A stretch of 46,784 bases of DNA. Source: an uncultured Flavobacteriales bacterium. GTDB lineage: Bacteria; Bacteroidota; Bacteroidia; Flavobacteriales; UBA7312. Below, one piece after another: positions 44,188 through 46,784 of the stretch. Location of the stretch: the NCBI GenBank assembly GCA_964009845.1, contig CAXGIQ010000001.1, positions 1 to 46,784 of the forward strand, read 5' to 3'. Numbering within the stretch: position 1 is the first letter of the stretch; the number at the start of each line of letters is the position of its first letter. The notes below the pieces were generated by a model. That model was not told the origin of the DNA and made no database searches. It saw only the letters and a program-made list of their open reading frames with translations. The position numbers and the translations under genes were made by a program.

Positions 44188-46665
44188 ATGCGCTTAATCA
44201 AGAAACTAATGTTATTTTTATTTGTGTTGCTGCTTTTGGGAGGCGCGGTAGGATTTGGTATTGCACATGTTTACCAAGATGAAATTGAACAACTGGCAAT
44301 ACAAAACATCAATGAGCAACTCCGAACTCCTATTGAAGTCGAGGATATTGAATTCTCGCTCCTCAAGAAGTTTCCTTATGCCAGTTTAGAGTTGAAAAAC
44401 CTCATGGTTTTAGATGCCTTTCAAAAAGACACTTTACTACAAGCTGAAAAATTATTTCTAAAATTAAACGCTTTTGATTTATACAACAAAAGTTATGTGC
44501 TTCAACAATTAGAATTACACAATGGATTCGCGCGCATTTCTTTTAATAAAGAAGGTGTCCCTAACTATCAAATATGGTATAGCAAAAGCGATAGTTCTCA
44601 AAGTCAATCGCTAAATCTAAATCATGTATCGCTTAATAAAATACACATCAAATATTCTGATGCAAAAAGCAATCTTAACATCAGTGCTTTAGCAATACAA
44701 ACAGAACTGAACGGAACAATTGAAAACAGCATTTTTAGCGCTCAAATAAATGGTGATTTTGAAACCGATTTTATCAAGGTAAGACAAGACAAATACTTAG
44801 AAGAAAAAACACTTTCTGCTTGGGTTTCTTTAGATGCCTCTCAGCAAAAAACCTCCTTTAATGGATCTGCACAAACCAATGATTTAGAGCTGAAATTTAA
44901 CGGAACCCTTCAAAATGGTTATACTGTAAATGTGAGTGGAACAGACATAGACATCAAGAATTCCCTTCACTACGTTCCAAAGCGATTCTTAAGTTCCATT
45001 CAGTCGTATCAATTTGATGGAACAGCTGACCTAAACATTAATGTAGAAAACCAAAAAATAGCCAAACTTCCAGCAGCTATTCATGCTGACTTTAACATTG
45101 AAAATGGGAGCATGCAATCTAATTTGCCTTGGGAAATAAAAGCTTCCGAAATTCAAGGTGTTTACCACAATGGGAAAAAGAGAAATAAAAGAAGCAGTAC
45201 TGTTAGCTTACAATCCATTAATTGCCAAGTAAACGGTGAATATTTAAATGGGTCTTTGACTTATTCAAACTTTAACAACCCACACATACAAACCAAATTC
45301 AACACCGAATTAGATTTAGCAGACATTCAGAGATGGGGTTACGAACTCCCAGTACAGGAAGTGTCTGGAAGAGCAACAATCACAGCAAACTACAAAGGGA
45401 AAATCGGCCTCAAAAACAACATTAAAATAGATTTTGAACAAGCAGAAAAATCAGCAGACATTCAACTTACAAACACCTCTTTCCGCTACAATCCTTTGGC
45501 TATTTTTCACAGTTTTGACGGAAGCATAAGATTAAAAAATAATCGTTTAGAAATAGACAGTCTGAAAGGATTTAATGGAGAAGAAAGTAAACTCAAATTT
45601 GTTGGCTCTATCGAACATTTGTTCAGCCAAAATAAGGAGCTAAAAATTGCCGGCCACTTAAGCTCGGATTGGCTTAAAATGTCCAAAATGATAATAGCAG
45701 ACACTAATCACGAGTCTACTCCTTTCGTTATGCAAAATAATATTTTGGCAAACATTACAACAAGTATAAAAGACGCTTCATACGAGAAGTTTCACATGTC
45801 TCACTTCCAAGCCAAAGTCAGCTTTAACAAAGGGGTTTTAAAGGCAAAAGAAGTGCAGCTAAAAAGTATGTCTGGCAATATCACTGGAGACCTTGAGCTT
45901 AGTCAAACAGAAGAAGGGAACCTCAGGCTTATCACTACTTCTAAGTTAGACCAAATCAATGTTCGACAGCTCTTTTATGAGTTTGAAAATTTCGGACAAA
46001 CAACCTTGCGCCACAAACACTTGCGCGGGAAAACAACCGCTGATGTTTACCTACGCACCGAATGGGATGCTTACCTCAGTCCCATACCTGAAAACGTCTA
46101 CGCATTTTTAGATATGAAAATCAATGATGGAGAACTGATTGAGTTTGAACCAATGTTATTGATGTCGAACTACATCAGTGTAGATGAACTGAAACGTATT
46201 CGTTTTTCCACTTTAGAAAACCAGATAGAAGTAAAAAACAGAAGTGTAAAAATTCCATTCATGGAAATACACTCCTCAGCTATGGACATTGCCGGTTCTG
46301 GAACCCATTTTTTCGACAATACGTTAGATTATGAAATTGAATTCTCCTTGAATGAGGTTATGGGAAAGCGCTGGCGCAAGAAGAATAAAAAGCAAATTTC
46401 TGAATTTGGCGAGATTGAAAATGATGGAGTAAAAGGAACCATTATTCCATTGAAAATGACAGGAACGGTAGATGATCCTAAAATTTCTTTTAACTTTAAT
46501 CGTGCAAGACAAAGTGTAAACGAAGGTATAGACAAGCAAAAGCAAGAAATAAAAGACGCTTTTGATCAACAGTTTGACAAGAAAAAAAATAGCAATCCAG
46601 AACTAGAAAAAACACCAGACTATAACAATATTATCGAGTGGGAAGAAGATGAGCATTTATTCTAA
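44188..46665 (+). CDS. AsmA family / AsmA-like C-terminal-region protein (envelope biogenesis)
   Basis: 825 aa. Single N-terminal TM anchor (LMLFLFVLLLLGGAVGFGIA), then a long beta-rich region. AsmA-like N-terminus (IEVEDIEFSLLKKFPYASLELKNLMV). Basic/acidic C-terminal tail. Confidence 0.7.
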   Translation: MRLIKKLMLFLFVLLLLGGAVGFGIAHVYQDEIEQLAIQNINEQLRTPIEVEDIEFSLLKKFPYASLELKNLMVLDAFQKDTLLQAEKLFLKLNAFDLYNKSYVLQQLELHNGFARISFNKEGVPNYQIWYSKSDSSQSQSLNLNHVSLNKIHIKYSDAKSNLNISALAIQTELNGTIENSIFSAQINGDFETDFIKVRQDKYLEEKTLSAWVSLDASQQKTSFNGSAQTNDLELKFNGTLQNGYTVNVSGTDIDIKNSLHYVPKRFLSSIQSYQFDGTADLNINVENQKIAKLPAAIHADFNIENGSMQSNLPWEIKASEIQGVYHNGKKRNKRSSTVSLQSINCQVNGEYLNGSLTYSNFNNPHIQTKFNTELDLADIQRWGYELPVQEVSGRATITANYKGKIGLKNNIKIDFEQAEKSADIQLTNTSFRYNPLAIFHSFDGSIRLKNNRLEIDSLKGFNGEESKLKFVGSIEHLFSQNKELKIAGHLSSDWLKMSKMIIADTNHESTPFVMQNNILANITTSIKDASYEKFHMSHFQAKVSFNKGVLKAKEVQLKSMSGNITGDLELSQTEEGNLRLITTSKLDQINVRQLFYEFENFGQTTLRHKHLRGKTTADVYLRTEWDAYLSPIPENVYAFLDMKINDGELIEFEPMLLMSNYISVDELKRIRFSTLENQIEVKNRSVKIPFMEIHSSAMDIAGSGTHFFDNTLDYEIEFSLNEVMGKRWRKKNKKQISEFGEIENDGVKGTIIPLKMTGTVDDPKISFNFNRARQSVNEGIDKQKQEIKDAFDQQFDKKKNSNPELEKTPDYNNIIEWEEDEHLF

Positions 46666-46784
46666 AAAACAACGCTGGAAGCTGATGCTTTTTATGGCAG
46701 CCGTTATCATTGGATCTGCCTCACTTTTATACACCAATTATTTGGTAGACAAACTCGACCAAGAAGAGCGTAAAAAAATTGAAC
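46649..46784 (+). CDS. 5' end of a membrane-anchored protein, possibly a sensor histidine kinase (partial, runs off the right edge)
   Basis: MSIYSKKQRWKLMLFMAAVIIGSASLLYTNYLVDKLDQEERKKIE... The ATG overlaps the AsmA-like gene by 17 nt in another frame. The N-terminal TM followed by a charged helix resembles flavobacterial sensor kinases, but the fragment is too short to be sure. Confidence 0.45.
   Translation, partial: MSIYSKKQRWKLMLFMAAVIIGSASLLYTNYLVDKLDQEERKKIE

Noticed and set aside
1-46784. Looked for CRISPR arrays, transposases, integrases, phage genes, restriction-modification, toxin-antitoxin or other defence modules across the window.
   Set aside because: Every ORF over ~130 aa has a confident housekeeping, respiratory, envelope or T9SS-cargo assignment. 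I saw no regularly spaced short direct repeats and no recombinase- or nuclease-like proteins.

Overview
AT-rich, almost fully coding chromosomal window. The gene content points to Bacteroidota, probably Flavobacteriia-like: T9SS C-terminal sorting domains, a PorP/SprF gene, SprB repeats, alternative complex III and TAnnTTTG promoter boxes. From left to right: a partial CDS and a small ORF; queG and ruvB; a ~10.7 kb minus-strand respiratory operon (actABCDEF plus cytochrome c oxidase subunits II and I); a SPOR protein; rimP-nusA-infB; a 2163-aa T9SS cargo protein with 18 Fn3 domains; tRNA-Gln(UUG); a DUF2723 (TMEM260-like) membrane protein with a NodB-type deacetylase; a sulfur-handling trio (TauE/SafE, CstB-like MBL-rhodanese fusion, single rhodanese); a 2100-aa SprB-repeat adhesin with a type-B T9SS domain and its PorP/SprF partner; a T9SS-tagged esterase; metG; an LD-carboxypeptidase; an RluB-like pseudouridine synthase; an AsmA-like protein; and the start of one more gene. 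I see no CRISPR array, transposase, integrase or recognisable defence or toxin system, and I cannot point to a clearly novel multi-gene system. The points most worth a second look are: (1) GRLH in place of the catalytic GRLD motif in the RluB-like protein; (2) the four-domain supra-repeat of the Fn3 giant and its duplicated N-terminal module of unknown family; (3) a terminator-like hairpin that every rimP-nusA-infB transcript must cross; (4) a 482-bp ORF-free spacer with a GC-rich hairpin; (5) an ActA carrying a sixth heme site. All family calls come from reading motifs by eye. No database search was run.
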